Below are positions 10,601-19,219 of a DNA stretch of 56,645 nt, piece by piece (position 1 is the stretch's first letter; each line of letters opens with the position of its first letter). The notes under the pieces were generated by a model that was not told the origin of the DNA, did not search any database, and was given only the letters and a program-made list of their open reading frames with translations. The stretch lies in IMG/VR virus record IMGVR_UViG_3300021354_000516, positions 1 to 56,645 of that record. One strand, 5' to 3'. The translations under genes were made by a program, and so were the position numbers. Source of the DNA: a virus. Lineage: Duplodnaviria > Caudoviricetes.

Positions 10601-11001
10601 CAACAATTACAGGTGCTGGTATTATTAACTTTGGTCAATATACTCGTGCAAATGCAGCAAGTTCATTAGATCGAATCAACGTAGCACGTTTAGTAGCGCA
10701 TTTACGTCGTCAGTTAGATATTTTAGCTCGTCCGTTCTTATTTGAACCGAATGATAAAATTACACGTAATGAAATCAAAAATGCAGTACAAAAACTATTA
10801 CTTGAATTAGTTGGACAACGTGCATTGTATGATTTTATTGTAGTTTGTGACGAATCAAATAACACACCTGCAAGAATTGACCGCAGTGAATTATGGGTAG
10901 ATGTTGCTATTGAGCCAGTTAAGGCGGTAGAATTTATCTACATCCCAGTGCGCTTAGTTAACACTGGTGCTATTAAAGCTGGATCATTCACTCTAGCTTA
11001 A
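7672..11001 (+). CDS. gp18: contractile tail sheath protein
   Basis: SPGVQV start, PWFAPAG, RINVARL, FLFEPND, VVCDESNNTP; TAAATA and AGGAG upstream. Confidence 0.95.
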   Translation: MATPLQSPGVQVSIINESFYTPAAPGTVPLIFVASASNKLNPSGATAVGTAPVNEGKVYLITSQRDLVDTFGTPLFYTDSSGNPIHGGELNEYGLQAAYSLLGVSSAAYVVRAPIDLASLVAKSSAPAGDPADGSYWVNTADSLFGIFEWNKVKGTFTNKVPLIIDDTNASLNYNSNAPKSSFGLVGQYCIVLNQPTVSVDDSVVTVFYKNSDANWVEVGSHHDSSFTTNSANSTFISTTWSTSQPAVVGTGTPSSVSINNSSTFTINGTTVGIANSDSVSVIAGKINGAFHTTAGVGAKVIKGALALYLDSYKASSFTLAVSTDLVTSLGISSGTYTAPSLFVGPHTQYPDFSLKSSGSLYLKTTSPNEGASWIVKQWLATSNAFNTVKAPIYSNVTAATYQLDKVGGGANIPVGTVFVESNFNHGDNSSSTSVILGNFKVQRRVAVTPTTITGAVHNNAVAISTATLKIETSSAGISGYVNTGTLTIQGSSDGLNAVVNAINNSGIENLVATLNDAGTDLYSVSIKHTEGGEIRFTDNANVLGTVGFSNSTSNFYSLDAAIEPSKATHRASNWKPLTFTASDVAPSTTPANGQLWYSSIVDQVDIMVHNGSDWKGYRTVYPATDINGPIISASEPTKQSDGITDLVNGDIWISTADIERYGKDIYVYNGSSLTWILQDTTDQTSPTGWLFADARWATSGQATSASSIKDLLLSDYVDPDAPDQAEYPRGMRLWNLRRSGFNVKRFETNYIDINANDGKNLRYQNDPLSDYNVNRWVSVSPNNADGSGTFGRHAQRSFVVSSFKSVIDSNISARDTDTLTFNLIATPGYPEAIQNMVLLNVDRGLTAFVIGDTSFRLKPTGTDLVNYGLNRNGAFDNGDEGLVSYNEYLAAFYPSGYTNDLSGNYIVVPPSHMMLRTIALSDQKSYPWFAPAGVRRGVIDNATSVGYLENGEFKATALPESIRNVMAQNGHINPIATITGAGIINFGQYTRANAASSLDRINVARLVAHLRRQLDILARPFLFEPNDKITRNEIKNAVQKLLLELVGQRALYDFIVVCDESNNTPARIDRSELWVDVAIEPVKAVEFIYIPVRLVNTGAIKAGSFTLA

Positions 11002-11031
11002 TGAGAAAAATAAAGAACAAGGAGCATTATA

Positions 11032-11658
11032 ATGCCAGTAGCAAGTTTAAGTAAATTAACAGTTCCATTACCAGCCGGTCAGAGTGCATCTAACCAAGGC
11101 TTGTTAATGCCAAAATTGAAGTATCGCTTTAGGGTGACACTTCAAAACTTTGGTGTTACAAGTCCTACAACTGAGATCACAAAGCAGGTAATGAACGTAA
11201 CTCGTCCAGAAGTTTCATTTGAACAAATAACTTTAGATGTGTATAACAGCAAGATTAAACTTGCTGGAAAACATTCTTGGTCAGACTTAACATTAACTGT
11301 ACGTGATGATGTATCAGGTGCAGTCAGTAAATTAGTCGGTGAACAAGTTCAAAAACAATTTGACTTTTTTGAACAATCAAGTGCTGCATCAGGAATTGAT
11401 TATAAATTTACAACAGTGATTGAAATTTTAGATGGTGGTAACGGAGCATTTGAACCAAATGTATTAGAAGCATTTGAATGTGAAGGTTGCTATGTGAACA
11501 AAGTTACATATCAAGGTGGTGATTATACATCAAATGATCCATTAGATATTGCATTAACAATATCATTTGATAATGCGATTCAAACAAATGCTTCTGGCAA
11601 TCCAATCGGAATTGGCCAGAACGTTGGTCGTTCGATCCGTACATTAGCAACAGGCTAA
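11032..11658 (+). CDS. gp19: tail tube protein
   Basis: follows the sheath; KYRFRV, AGKHSW and tube-family size. Confidence 0.85.
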   Translation: MPVASLSKLTVPLPAGQSASNQGLLMPKLKYRFRVTLQNFGVTSPTTEITKQVMNVTRPEVSFEQITLDVYNSKIKLAGKHSWSDLTLTVRDDVSGAVSKLVGEQVQKQFDFFEQSSAASGIDYKFTTVIEILDGGNGAFEPNVLEAFECEGCYVNKVTYQGGDYTSNDPLDIALTISFDNAIQTNASGNPIGIGQNVGRSIRTLATG

Positions 11659-11678
11659 TTTACCTAAGTTTAACAACC

Positions 11679-11712
11679 AAAAAGACCCTGCCGACAAACA
11701 GGGTCTTTTTTT
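11679..11712 (+). terminator. intrinsic terminator
   Basis: AAAGACCCTG-ccgacaaa-CAGGGTCTTT plus T run. Confidence 0.85.
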
Positions 11713-11728
11713 ATGACTAAATAATGCT

Positions 11729-13393
11729 ATGCCATCAATCGGATCCTATCTTCAACCAGTATTAAACACTGGTATACAAATGAAAGACTTTGCTCACGCA
11801 AGTCGACTTTATGCTGACAACGTTTTTGCACTTGCGCCTAAAGCAGGTTGGTTATATTACGTTGTATTTGATATTGAACCTGACGCAATTACTGATCAAC
11901 AATGGGCAAACCAACAACGAGTTAGTGAAGTTGGAATGTTAGTTAAAAGTGCCGATCTTCCTAAATTTAGTGTTCAAACAGAAGTTGTTAATCAATATAA
12001 TAGAAAAACTGTTATACAAAAAGGTATTAATTATAACCCGTTAAACATTACAATGCATGATGATCAATCAAATGTTGTACATAATATGTGGCTAAATTAT
12101 TACAGATATTATTATGCAGATTCAACCTGGGGCGGAAATGGTCCGATCGGAACTGCAAGAGATAATACTCCAGGAGCATATCAAAATAACAAGTATCTTC
12201 CTTCAAATGATTTGTTTACTCCTACAAATTATGGATTAAATTCACAATTAACCGTAGCACCATTTTTTAGAAGTATAACAATTTACCAACTTAATAGAAA
12301 AATATTTACAAGTTTTAAATTAATAAATCCACTCATTGCTTCATGGGAGCATGATAAATTAGATCAAACTTCAGGTAATAGATTAGCAGAAAGTAGAATG
12401 AGTGTTGCGTATGAAGCAGTTTTTTATGGAACAGGAAAAGTTAAAAAAGATAATCCTACAGGATTTGCAATGTTTCATTATGATACAAGTCCAAGTCCGT
12501 TAAGTTTAGCAGGTGGCGGAAATAATAGTATTTTTGGACCAGGTGGTATTATTCCTGGAGCACTTGAGATTTTTGGAGATGTTAGTAATATTCTTAATCC
12601 AAATGAATCAACAAGTCCGTTAAGTCTATTAGGAACAGTACTTAAAGGTGCAAGTTTAGTTAAAAATATTAAAAGTGTTACAAAAGATAGTCTTCGTGCT
12701 GAAGGATACAAAATCATAAATGGAACTTTGAGAAATATTTCTCAAGGTGGTTTAAATGGGTTAGGAGTTAATCTTAATTTAAACAAAGGAAATAATTATG
12801 TAACTGCGGGACAATTTTTAGGAACACCAGTTGCTGTTGTTACTGCTGCTGCAATTGCTCAAGAATTTAGTCAAGGTGCTAACGGATTATTACCAACTTC
12901 TGCTAATCCAAAAGATATAAGCATAAGTGTTTCTCAAAATATCGCAAATGCACGTGCTGCTATTAATAATTCAGCGCCAACTCTTGCTTCATCTGATACA
13001 ACTCCGTCAGGAACTACACCATCTGCAGGAACATATTTTTCACTTCCGAAACCATTAACAAATACAGCTCCGTTTTCAGCAGCAAATATCAATCAATTTA
13101 GTTCAGTTAATGATGTAAATAGTGCTCTTCAAAATTTACAAACAAACTGGTCTTCTGATAATGATTATGTTTCGAGTCAAATTCCGAATTCAACTGATGT
13201 TTCTAATAGATTGAATAATGCAACAAATTATACAGAATATTCAGCAATTAAGACTGATGCAATAGCTGCATTAAATGCATCAACGGATTTACAAAATAGT
13301 GTTGATGCAAAGTATCAAGCAGAGTATGATCGTCTTAGTTCGTTACAAGCTGAACTAACAAACAATATATCAAAAAGAAATACATTAGCATAA
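11729..13393 (+). CDS. tail tube-like baseplate/tube initiator (gp54/gp19 family) with long C-terminal extension
   Basis: VKSADLPKF..NQYNRK..YNPLNITMHDD tube-family motif. Confidence 0.65.
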   Translation: MPSIGSYLQPVLNTGIQMKDFAHASRLYADNVFALAPKAGWLYYVVFDIEPDAITDQQWANQQRVSEVGMLVKSADLPKFSVQTEVVNQYNRKTVIQKGINYNPLNITMHDDQSNVVHNMWLNYYRYYYADSTWGGNGPIGTARDNTPGAYQNNKYLPSNDLFTPTNYGLNSQLTVAPFFRSITIYQLNRKIFTSFKLINPLIASWEHDKLDQTSGNRLAESRMSVAYEAVFYGTGKVKKDNPTGFAMFHYDTSPSPLSLAGGGNNSIFGPGGIIPGALEIFGDVSNILNPNESTSPLSLLGTVLKGASLVKNIKSVTKDSLRAEGYKIINGTLRNISQGGLNGLGVNLNLNKGNNYVTAGQFLGTPVAVVTAAAIAQEFSQGANGLLPTSANPKDISISVSQNIANARAAINNSAPTLASSDTTPSGTTPSAGTYFSLPKPLTNTAPFSAANINQFSSVNDVNSALQNLQTNWSSDNDYVSSQIPNSTDVSNRLNNATNYTEYSAIKTDAIAALNASTDLQNSVDAKYQAEYDRLSSLQAELTNNISKRNTLA

Positions 13394-13396
13394 CTT

Positions 13397-13777
13397 ATGA
13401 CAACATATTATAATAATCTTCCACAATCAACAAACTCAAAAAGCAGTGATAAAGGAACTTTACAGGTTTTTGATGCATATACTACTGCGCCATTAAATAT
13501 TGATTCTACAACATATGATGTTATGATCGGATATTTTAGTTCAAGAGGGTTCGGTGAAGATGCGTCACGTAGTATGGCTTATATTATTATCAAACAAGCA
13601 ACTCTTGATAATTATAATCCATTTGATTTAATCGAAACAATGAAAGGATTAACTGATGTTGAAATTAGTGGATTAATTACAGAAATTTTAAACTACAATA
13701 GATTTAAAACAAGTAGTTTAGGAACTGCAAGTCCTTTTTCACCGGTTGACGAAGTTGCAAGGAATATTATTGCATGA
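13397..13777 (+). CDS. hypothetical virion-module protein
   Basis: 126-aa ORF in operon context. Confidence 0.6.
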   Translation: MTTYYNNLPQSTNSKSSDKGTLQVFDAYTTAPLNIDSTTYDVMIGYFSSRGFGEDASRSMAYIIIKQATLDNYNPFDLIETMKGLTDVEISGLITEILNYNRFKTSSLGTASPFSPVDEVARNIIA

Positions 13778-14220
13778 GTTTAAAATTTGCTCAAGGAACT
13801 TATAAGTTAAAGAATCCAGAGAAATATATCGGGATAGGTGAACCAAGATATCGTAGTTCTTGGGAATTTGCAGTAATGAAAATGTTAGACGAAAATGCTG
13901 GTATTCAACAATGGGCAAGTGAATCAATTAAGATCCCTTATCGTGATCCATTAACCGGTAAACATACCGTATATGTTCCTGATTTCTTAGTAACATATAT
14001 CGATAGTAAACAACATAAACATGCAGAACTTTGGGAAGTAAAACCAAAAAGCCAAACAGTATTAGAATCTGTTGGAAAAAACAAATATAACCAAGCTCAC
14101 TATATTAAAAATCAAGCCAAGTGGCAAGTTGCAAGACAATGGGCTGCAAAACAAGGGCTTGCTTTTCGAATTATAACCGAAGAGGATATTTTTCATATGG
14201 GCGGCAATAAACGAAAATAA
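13774..14220 (+). CDS. head completion nuclease (T4 gp4-like, TnsA fold)
   Basis: NPEKYIG, YRSSWE, WASE, YVPDF, EVKP, FRIITE. Confidence 0.9.
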   Translation: MSLKFAQGTYKLKNPEKYIGIGEPRYRSSWEFAVMKMLDENAGIQQWASESIKIPYRDPLTGKHTVYVPDFLVTYIDSKQHKHAELWEVKPKSQTVLESVGKNKYNQAHYIKNQAKWQVARQWAAKQGLAFRIITEEDIFHMGGNKRK

Positions 14221-14224
14221 AATT

Positions 14225-14707
14225 ATGACTAAAAAATTAGAACAATTATTAGATTTACCGAGTGCTCAAGAGCCTGAAATTATTGCTCCTCCGCCTAAAA
14301 AAGAAAAAACTCAAGTTATTAATTTGCAGAATCAATTAGAAGAATTTGATAAAATTAGTGCCGCACTTCCTAAAGTTAAAGGATTAGGTGATATAAGTGA
14401 TGCAGAATTAGATCAACTTGCATTAAAAGCAGAATCAGCATTTGATAACTTAATGGATCTTGGCATGAATGTCGAAGCAAGATACGGAAGTCGTATGTTT
14501 GAAGTAGCCGGTAATATGCTTAAAACAGCAGTAGATGCTAAATCTGCAAAGATTGATAAAAAGTTAAAGATGGTTGAACTTCAACTGAAGAAGTTAGCTA
14601 TTGATAAAAAATCATCAAGTGTTGAGGAAGATCCTGTAGAAGGAAAAGGTTATATCATTACCGATCGTAACAGTCTTCTTGAAAAACTTAAAAATGTGAA
14701 TAAATAA
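14225..14707 (+). CDS. putative terminase small subunit
   Basis: helical 160-aa protein with LMDLG..RMFEVA motif upstream of terL. Confidence 0.5.
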   Translation: MTKKLEQLLDLPSAQEPEIIAPPPKKEKTQVINLQNQLEEFDKISAALPKVKGLGDISDAELDQLALKAESAFDNLMDLGMNVEARYGSRMFEVAGNMLKTAVDAKSAKIDKKLKMVELQLKKLAIDKKSSSVEEDPVEGKGYIITDRNSLLEKLKNVNK

Positions 14708-14723
14708 TACACAGGGAACTATT

Positions 14724-15302
14724 ATGAATAAAACTTTTAAAGATTATTACTTAACAGAAAGCAAAAAGACTTTTGATTTTAAAGTTAAAATTGCCGGAGA
14801 AATTACTAATGAGCAAGAGGATACTCTTAAAGAACTATTAGCAAAATATCAGGTTGTTGCTTTTAAAAAAGCAAGTAAAACTCCAGTACAGGCATTACCA
14901 CTTGATTTTCCACGTTTAACAAATACAGAAGTTAATATTTGGGAAGTAAGCTTAAATTATCCTGTTGCTAGTTGGGAATTACAGAATTATATAGGTAACG
15001 GTTTAAAAATTATCGAACAACAAATTGTTGTACGTAATCCACATGAACCATTAGAACAATATCAAGAACCAAGCGAACGTCGTGAAGGTGCGTTATTAAC
15101 TGATTCAGAATATAAAGAATCTCAAAATGTTGACAGTAAAGACTATTATGGCACTGAATATAATACCAGTCTTATAAAGACATTAAATGCTGAACTAAAA
15201 GCACAACATAAGGCTCGTGGTCAAGTTATTCCAAATGGTGATGACGGAAAGACCACCAATGAAATAGCACAAAATAACCAAAGCCCAGTAGGGTCAAAAT
15301 AA
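14724..15302 (+). CDS. hypothetical, possibly internal head protein
   Basis: N-terminus MNKTFKDYYLTES resembles the T4 capsid-targeting sequence. Confidence 0.55.
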   Translation: MNKTFKDYYLTESKKTFDFKVKIAGEITNEQEDTLKELLAKYQVVAFKKASKTPVQALPLDFPRLTNTEVNIWEVSLNYPVASWELQNYIGNGLKIIEQQIVVRNPHEPLEQYQEPSERREGALLTDSEYKESQNVDSKDYYGTEYNTSLIKTLNAELKAQHKARGQVIPNGDDGKTTNEIAQNNQSPVGSK

Positions 15303-15315
15303 GGAAAATATTATC

Positions 15316-16257
15316 ATGCAAATGGTTGACGTATTAAAAAGATTAGCTGAGTTAGATTCAACAAATCCTAACGTAGCAAAACCAACAATGCAAGCAGAAC
15401 AAAGTCTTGCTACTGTTTCAAACATTGAAAATAACCAAATTAATGAATGTGGTGCAATGATGGGCGGTATGGAACACCGTACTCCGGCAAGTTTTAGCAT
15501 CAATGCTTCAGCTGAAAGTGGTGATGAAGTTAGTTCAATGTTACGTGACATTATGAACTTAGCAGGTGTTAAACCAGCAAGTGACGAACCTGCATTTAGT
15601 GGCCATAATGAAATCGAACTAGGTAATCCAGGTGAAATTGAATTAGAACCAACAGCAGCACCGAGTACAGACGGTGAAGAAATGGGCGGTCTTATTAGTA
15701 TGATTGATAAGATGAATGGCCCAAGTGACGATGAATCAATATCAGATGAAGATCCATTATCAGGCGATAATGAATTTTCAGGCGATGACAATATCAGTGT
15801 TGCACAAGGTGATGTCGATAATGACGGTGATCACGATATTCACGATCATGAAGCTGAAAAAAGTCCAGTGGCAGATATGGCCGATGAAGTACGTGATATG
15901 GCAAGCGAACTTGCAGATGAAGGCCAAGATATTTCAGCAGGTTTTGATTCAGCTAGTACAACTCCAGATGAAAAAGTTGAACCACATCAATATGGCAATG
16001 ATCAAGTAACTCCAAAACCAGATGAACCAGTTAAAAAAGCAGGTGGCGGAAATCCATATACTGAATCAGTTAACGATGTTCAAGCACGTTTATTAAGAGA
16101 TTATCAAAAATTTGTTGCTGAAGGATATGATAGTCGAGATGCTTATGAGAAACATGATCCAAAACATCCTGACTTCAAAAAGAACTATGACAAATATAAA
16201 GCAAAAAAACCTGATGGAAAATTAGCCGATTTTATTGCTCATATGAAAAAGAAGTAA
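15316..16257 (+). CDS. acidic low-complexity protein, possible prohead core/internal protein
   Basis: very D/E-rich; SD AAGGA. Confidence 0.6.
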   Translation: MQMVDVLKRLAELDSTNPNVAKPTMQAEQSLATVSNIENNQINECGAMMGGMEHRTPASFSINASAESGDEVSSMLRDIMNLAGVKPASDEPAFSGHNEIELGNPGEIELEPTAAPSTDGEEMGGLISMIDKMNGPSDDESISDEDPLSGDNEFSGDDNISVAQGDVDNDGDHDIHDHEAEKSPVADMADEVRDMASELADEGQDISAGFDSASTTPDEKVEPHQYGNDQVTPKPDEPVKKAGGGNPYTESVNDVQARLLRDYQKFVAEGYDSRDAYEKHDPKHPDFKKNYDKYKAKKPDGKLADFIAHMKKK

Positions 16258-16274
16258 AAAATCCCCTTTCAATC

Positions 16275-16302
16275 AAATAGGCTCACCTGGGCCTATTTTT
16301 TT
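16275..16302 (+). terminator. intrinsic terminator
   Basis: AAATAGGCTCA-cc-TGGGCCTATTT plus T run, just before the terL promoter. Confidence 0.7.
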
Positions 16303-16316
16303 CATTAAATAAAAGT

Positions 16317-17930
16317 ATGGCAAAATCACTCGACGGCAACTTAATTAAAAGTGCCAACAAAAAACAAAAGTTTACAGAACAAGATCTACTTGACATCTCA
16401 TTATGTATAAACGATCCTCACTATTTCCTTAAGAATTTTTTCTTTATTCAACATCCTACTAAAGGTAAGATGAAATACGATGCATTTGAATATCAAAAAG
16501 AATTATTAGATAGTTATAACAATAATCGATTTAGTGTTAATATGCTAGGACGGCAGATGGGAAAAGCATTATCACTCGATACTCCTATTATAACACCAAC
16601 AGGATTTACCACAGTTGGTAATATTAAAGTAGGTGATACAATATTTGGTAGGAACGGAAAAACAACAAATGTAACATTTATTACTGAAATAATGAACGAT
16701 CGTCCGTGCTATGAAATAGAATTTACTCACGGTGATACCATTATTGCTGATGCAGAGCATTTATGGAACATCCAATTACCAAAAAAAGAAAGTGAAATCA
16801 CTATTACTACTTTAGAATTAATATCACACTTTAATAAATTAAAAGATACAACACAGAGTTTACATATTAAATCATCTGAATGTTTAGATTTTGATTTTAC
16901 ACCTGTTCCGATTGATCCGTATTATCTCGGACTATGGTTAGGTGATGGCAGTAGTAAAGATACTAGAATTACATGTTCTATTGATGATTATTCAGAATAT
17001 TTAAATTTCTTTAAAACAAATAATATTACCTTATCTCCTTTTAAACTTGATTCTCTTTCAACAAAAACCGGAACATTTTATGTTCCTGGTGGTGCAAGTA
17101 AATTAAAAGATTTAGGAGTATGGGGGAATAAGCATATTCCAGATCAATATATTTTTAATAGTAAAGAAGTTCGTTTAGAATTACTAAAAGGATTAATGGA
17201 TTCAGTTGGTACTTGTGAAAAATCAGGAGTTTCTAGATTTTATCAAAGTAATGAGACATTTATAGATCAAGTGAGATTATTATTATCAACCTTAGGAATT
17301 AAATCAACTAAAGGAGTGAATGAAACAACTCACAAAGATTGCTATACATTATGTTTTGCAGAAAAAACATTGGAGATCTTTAAATTACCAAGAAAATTAG
17401 AAAGACAACAATTGTTATTTGATCATCAACAGAATAAAAGATTTTATATTAAAGATATTAAATTGATAGATAGTGTACCAGTTCGATGTCTTCAGGTTGA
17501 TAATATAGATCATATGTTCTTATGCGGTACTACTTTAATACCAACCCATAATACAACCACAGCAGTTGGATATCTACTTTGGTATGCAATGTTTGTTCCT
17601 GATAGCACTATTTTAATCGCCGCACACAAATATACAGGTGCTAAAGAAATTATGCAAAGGTTACGCTATGCATACGAAACATGTCCTGATCATATTCGTT
17701 GCGGTGTAACAAGTTATAATAAAGAAAGTATAGAATTTGATAATGGTAGTCGTATTGTTGCACAAACAACTACAGAAACAACCGGTCGTGGTATGTCTTT
17801 ATCTTTACTTTATTGCTTAGATGGCGAAAGTACTACTGTTAAGGTTAGAAATAAACAAACATTGGTTGAGGAAGATATAACTCTTAAAGAATTATACACA
17901 AGATTGTATAATCCATTAATCATAATTTAA
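16317..17930 (+). CDS. terL: terminase large subunit, N-terminal fragment (contains a cis intein and ends in a split-intein N half)
   Basis: DPHYF, RQMGK|TT Walker A, IEFDNGSRI, GRGMSLSLLY then CLDGES...stop. Confidence 0.93.
   Translation: MAKSLDGNLIKSANKKQKFTEQDLLDISLCINDPHYFLKNFFFIQHPTKGKMKYDAFEYQKELLDSYNNNRFSVNMLGRQMGKALSLDTPIITPTGFTTVGNIKVGDTIFGRNGKTTNVTFITEIMNDRPCYEIEFTHGDTIIADAEHLWNIQLPKKESEITITTLELISHFNKLKDTTQSLHIKSSECLDFDFTPVPIDPYYLGLWLGDGSSKDTRITCSIDDYSEYLNFFKTNNITLSPFKLDSLSTKTGTFYVPGGASKLKDLGVWGNKHIPDQYIFNSKEVRLELLKGLMDSVGTCEKSGVSRFYQSNETFIDQVRLLLSTLGIKSTKGVNETTHKDCYTLCFAEKTLEIFKLPRKLERQQLLFDHQQNKRFYIKDIKLIDSVPVRCLQVDNIDHMFLCGTTLIPTHNTTTAVGYLLWYAMFVPDSTILIAAHKYTGAKEIMQRLRYAYETCPDHIRCGVTSYNKESIEFDNGSRIVAQTTTETTGRGMSLSLLYCLDGESTTVKVRNKQTLVEEDITLKELYTRLYNPLIII
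16566..17552 (+). mobile_element. 329-aa class-3 intein with LAGLIDADG domain in TerL Walker A
   Basis: Ala1 (ALSLDTPI), block B ADAEHLW, block F VRCLQV, block G PTHN|T; LGLWLGDG and LKGLMDSVG motifs. Confidence 0.9.
17814..17927 (+). mobile_element. split intein N-fragment (38 aa)
   Basis: CLDGESTTVKVRNKQTLVEEDITLKELYTRLYNPLIII then TAA; block A at the Walker B junction. Confidence 0.85.
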
Positions 17931-17948
17931 GTGACGAGTTTGCATTTG

Positions 17949-17956
17949 TATAAATA
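17949..17956 (+). promoter_or_regulatory. T4-type late promoter for the endonuclease and the C-terminal terL fragment
   Basis: perfect TATAAATA. Confidence 0.7.
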
Positions 17957-17987
17957 CATTTTTAAAATTAACCTTAAAAATTCAATT

Positions 17988-18923
17988 ATGCAAACTAAAC
18001 TTGAAAAATTTATAAAAAGAAATAGAAGACGTAATAAACATTTATACGATAATAATTTAACCGCCGGAGTTGATTATATTATATGTCCATTTAGCAACGA
18101 AAGGATGAGTATGATTAAATCATCGTATATTGAAAAAGTATTATTAATGACTGTTAATGATTACGATCGGTTATATCCTGGAGTTAGAGGGGTTTCTGAA
18201 AAACGTAAATCAAATATTAAGCAAGGGTTACATTCAATTGATCAGTCTTCAGGATTAACAAAATATCAAGTGTCTCAATTAAAGGCAAAAGAAGTTCTTC
18301 AAACAATAGGCAAAGATGGCCTATCTGGATATGCTCGTAAAGGACAAAAAACTAAACAAACTCACATGAATAATATTGACGAGTTTGGAAGAAATGGATA
18401 CACTCGCCAAGTTTATAATCGTCTAACAACAATATTACCAAACGGGTTAACTGTAGAAGAAAATGCACATCTAAAACAAAAAGAAACTTTACTAATTAAT
18501 AATATTTCCGGTACAGGTGGAGCAAGTAAGGTTTCTAAGAAAAAATTAAAACCAATATTAGAGTTTTTAGAAAAAAATAATATAGAATTTTATTTTGATA
18601 AATCCGAATATGGAATTAAAGATACCGATACAAATAATTATTATTTTTATGATTTAACCATACTAAAATACAATATTGCAATTGAATATCAATCAAGTGC
18701 ATGGCATTCAAATCCTATCTGGGATGAAATTAAATGGAATAGCTGGTGTCCACCACGTGGAAAGAAAAAAACAGCTTTAGAATCGTTAACTTACGATTAC
18801 AATAAAGCAAAATCATTATATAAATTTCGTAATATTGTTACGTATTATGTATGGGAAGACTCGGCAGAAAATGATGTTAAGGATATAATATGTTTGCTTC
18901 AAACACTGAATACGAAATATTAA
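17988..18923 (+). CDS. free-standing homing endonuclease, Vsr/DUF559-like PD-(D/E)xK; start refined to ATG 17988
   Basis: YFYDLTILKYNIAIEYQSSAWH and YVWE; basic N-terminal region; lies between the split-intein halves. Confidence 0.8.
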   Translation: MQTKLEKFIKRNRRRNKHLYDNNLTAGVDYIICPFSNERMSMIKSSYIEKVLLMTVNDYDRLYPGVRGVSEKRKSNIKQGLHSIDQSSGLTKYQVSQLKAKEVLQTIGKDGLSGYARKGQKTKQTHMNNIDEFGRNGYTRQVYNRLTTILPNGLTVEENAHLKQKETLLINNISGTGGASKVSKKKLKPILEFLEKNNIEFYFDKSEYGIKDTDTNNYYFYDLTILKYNIAIEYQSSAWHSNPIWDEIKWNSWCPPRGKKKTALESLTYDYNKAKSLYKFRNIVTYYVWEDSAENDVKDIICLLQTLNTKY

Positions 18924-19219
18924 CACCAAATGGTTGGTGTAATTTTAACGGAATTACAGAAGTAGCCGGTAAAATAACTCATTCAATAAAATTAAAAAAT
19001 GGTGAAATAGTATCTGCGACTGCTGGTCATTATTTTTTTATTAATGATAGAAAAATTAAATTACAAGATCTTTCTATTGGAGATTTTATTGATACAATTT
19101 CTGGACCTCAACAAATAATAGAAATTAAAGAAAATTTAAAAACAACAGTATATGATATTGTTGAAGTAGATAATGAAAAACATCAATTTATTGTAAACCA
19201 TTGTTTTATAACAAAAAAT
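18890..19219 (+). mobile_element. split intein C-fragment (110 aa)
   Basis: EILTPNGW, block B SATAGH, block F TVYDI, ends TKN|C. Confidence 0.88.

Noticed and set aside
13774-14220. Tn7 TnsA transposase
   Set aside because: Size, motifs and position match the T4 gp4 head-completion nuclease; no other transposon genes or ends
15294-15791. 165-aa antisense ORF and other short opposite-strand or alternate-frame ORFs (e.g. 7676, 22843, 33482, 41383, 49028)
   Set aside because: Shadows of well-supported genes, with no motifs or expression signals
17931-17987. GTG start of the endonuclease as given in the ORF track
   Set aside because: This stretch holds the DEFAFV copy and the TATAAATA promoter; ATG 17988 lies downstream of the promoter and is more plausible
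17930-18890. Group I intron interrupting terL
   Set aside because: The interval is almost fully occupied by the endonuclease ORF, leaving no room for a ribozyme core, and both flanks carry intein blocks with their own stop and start
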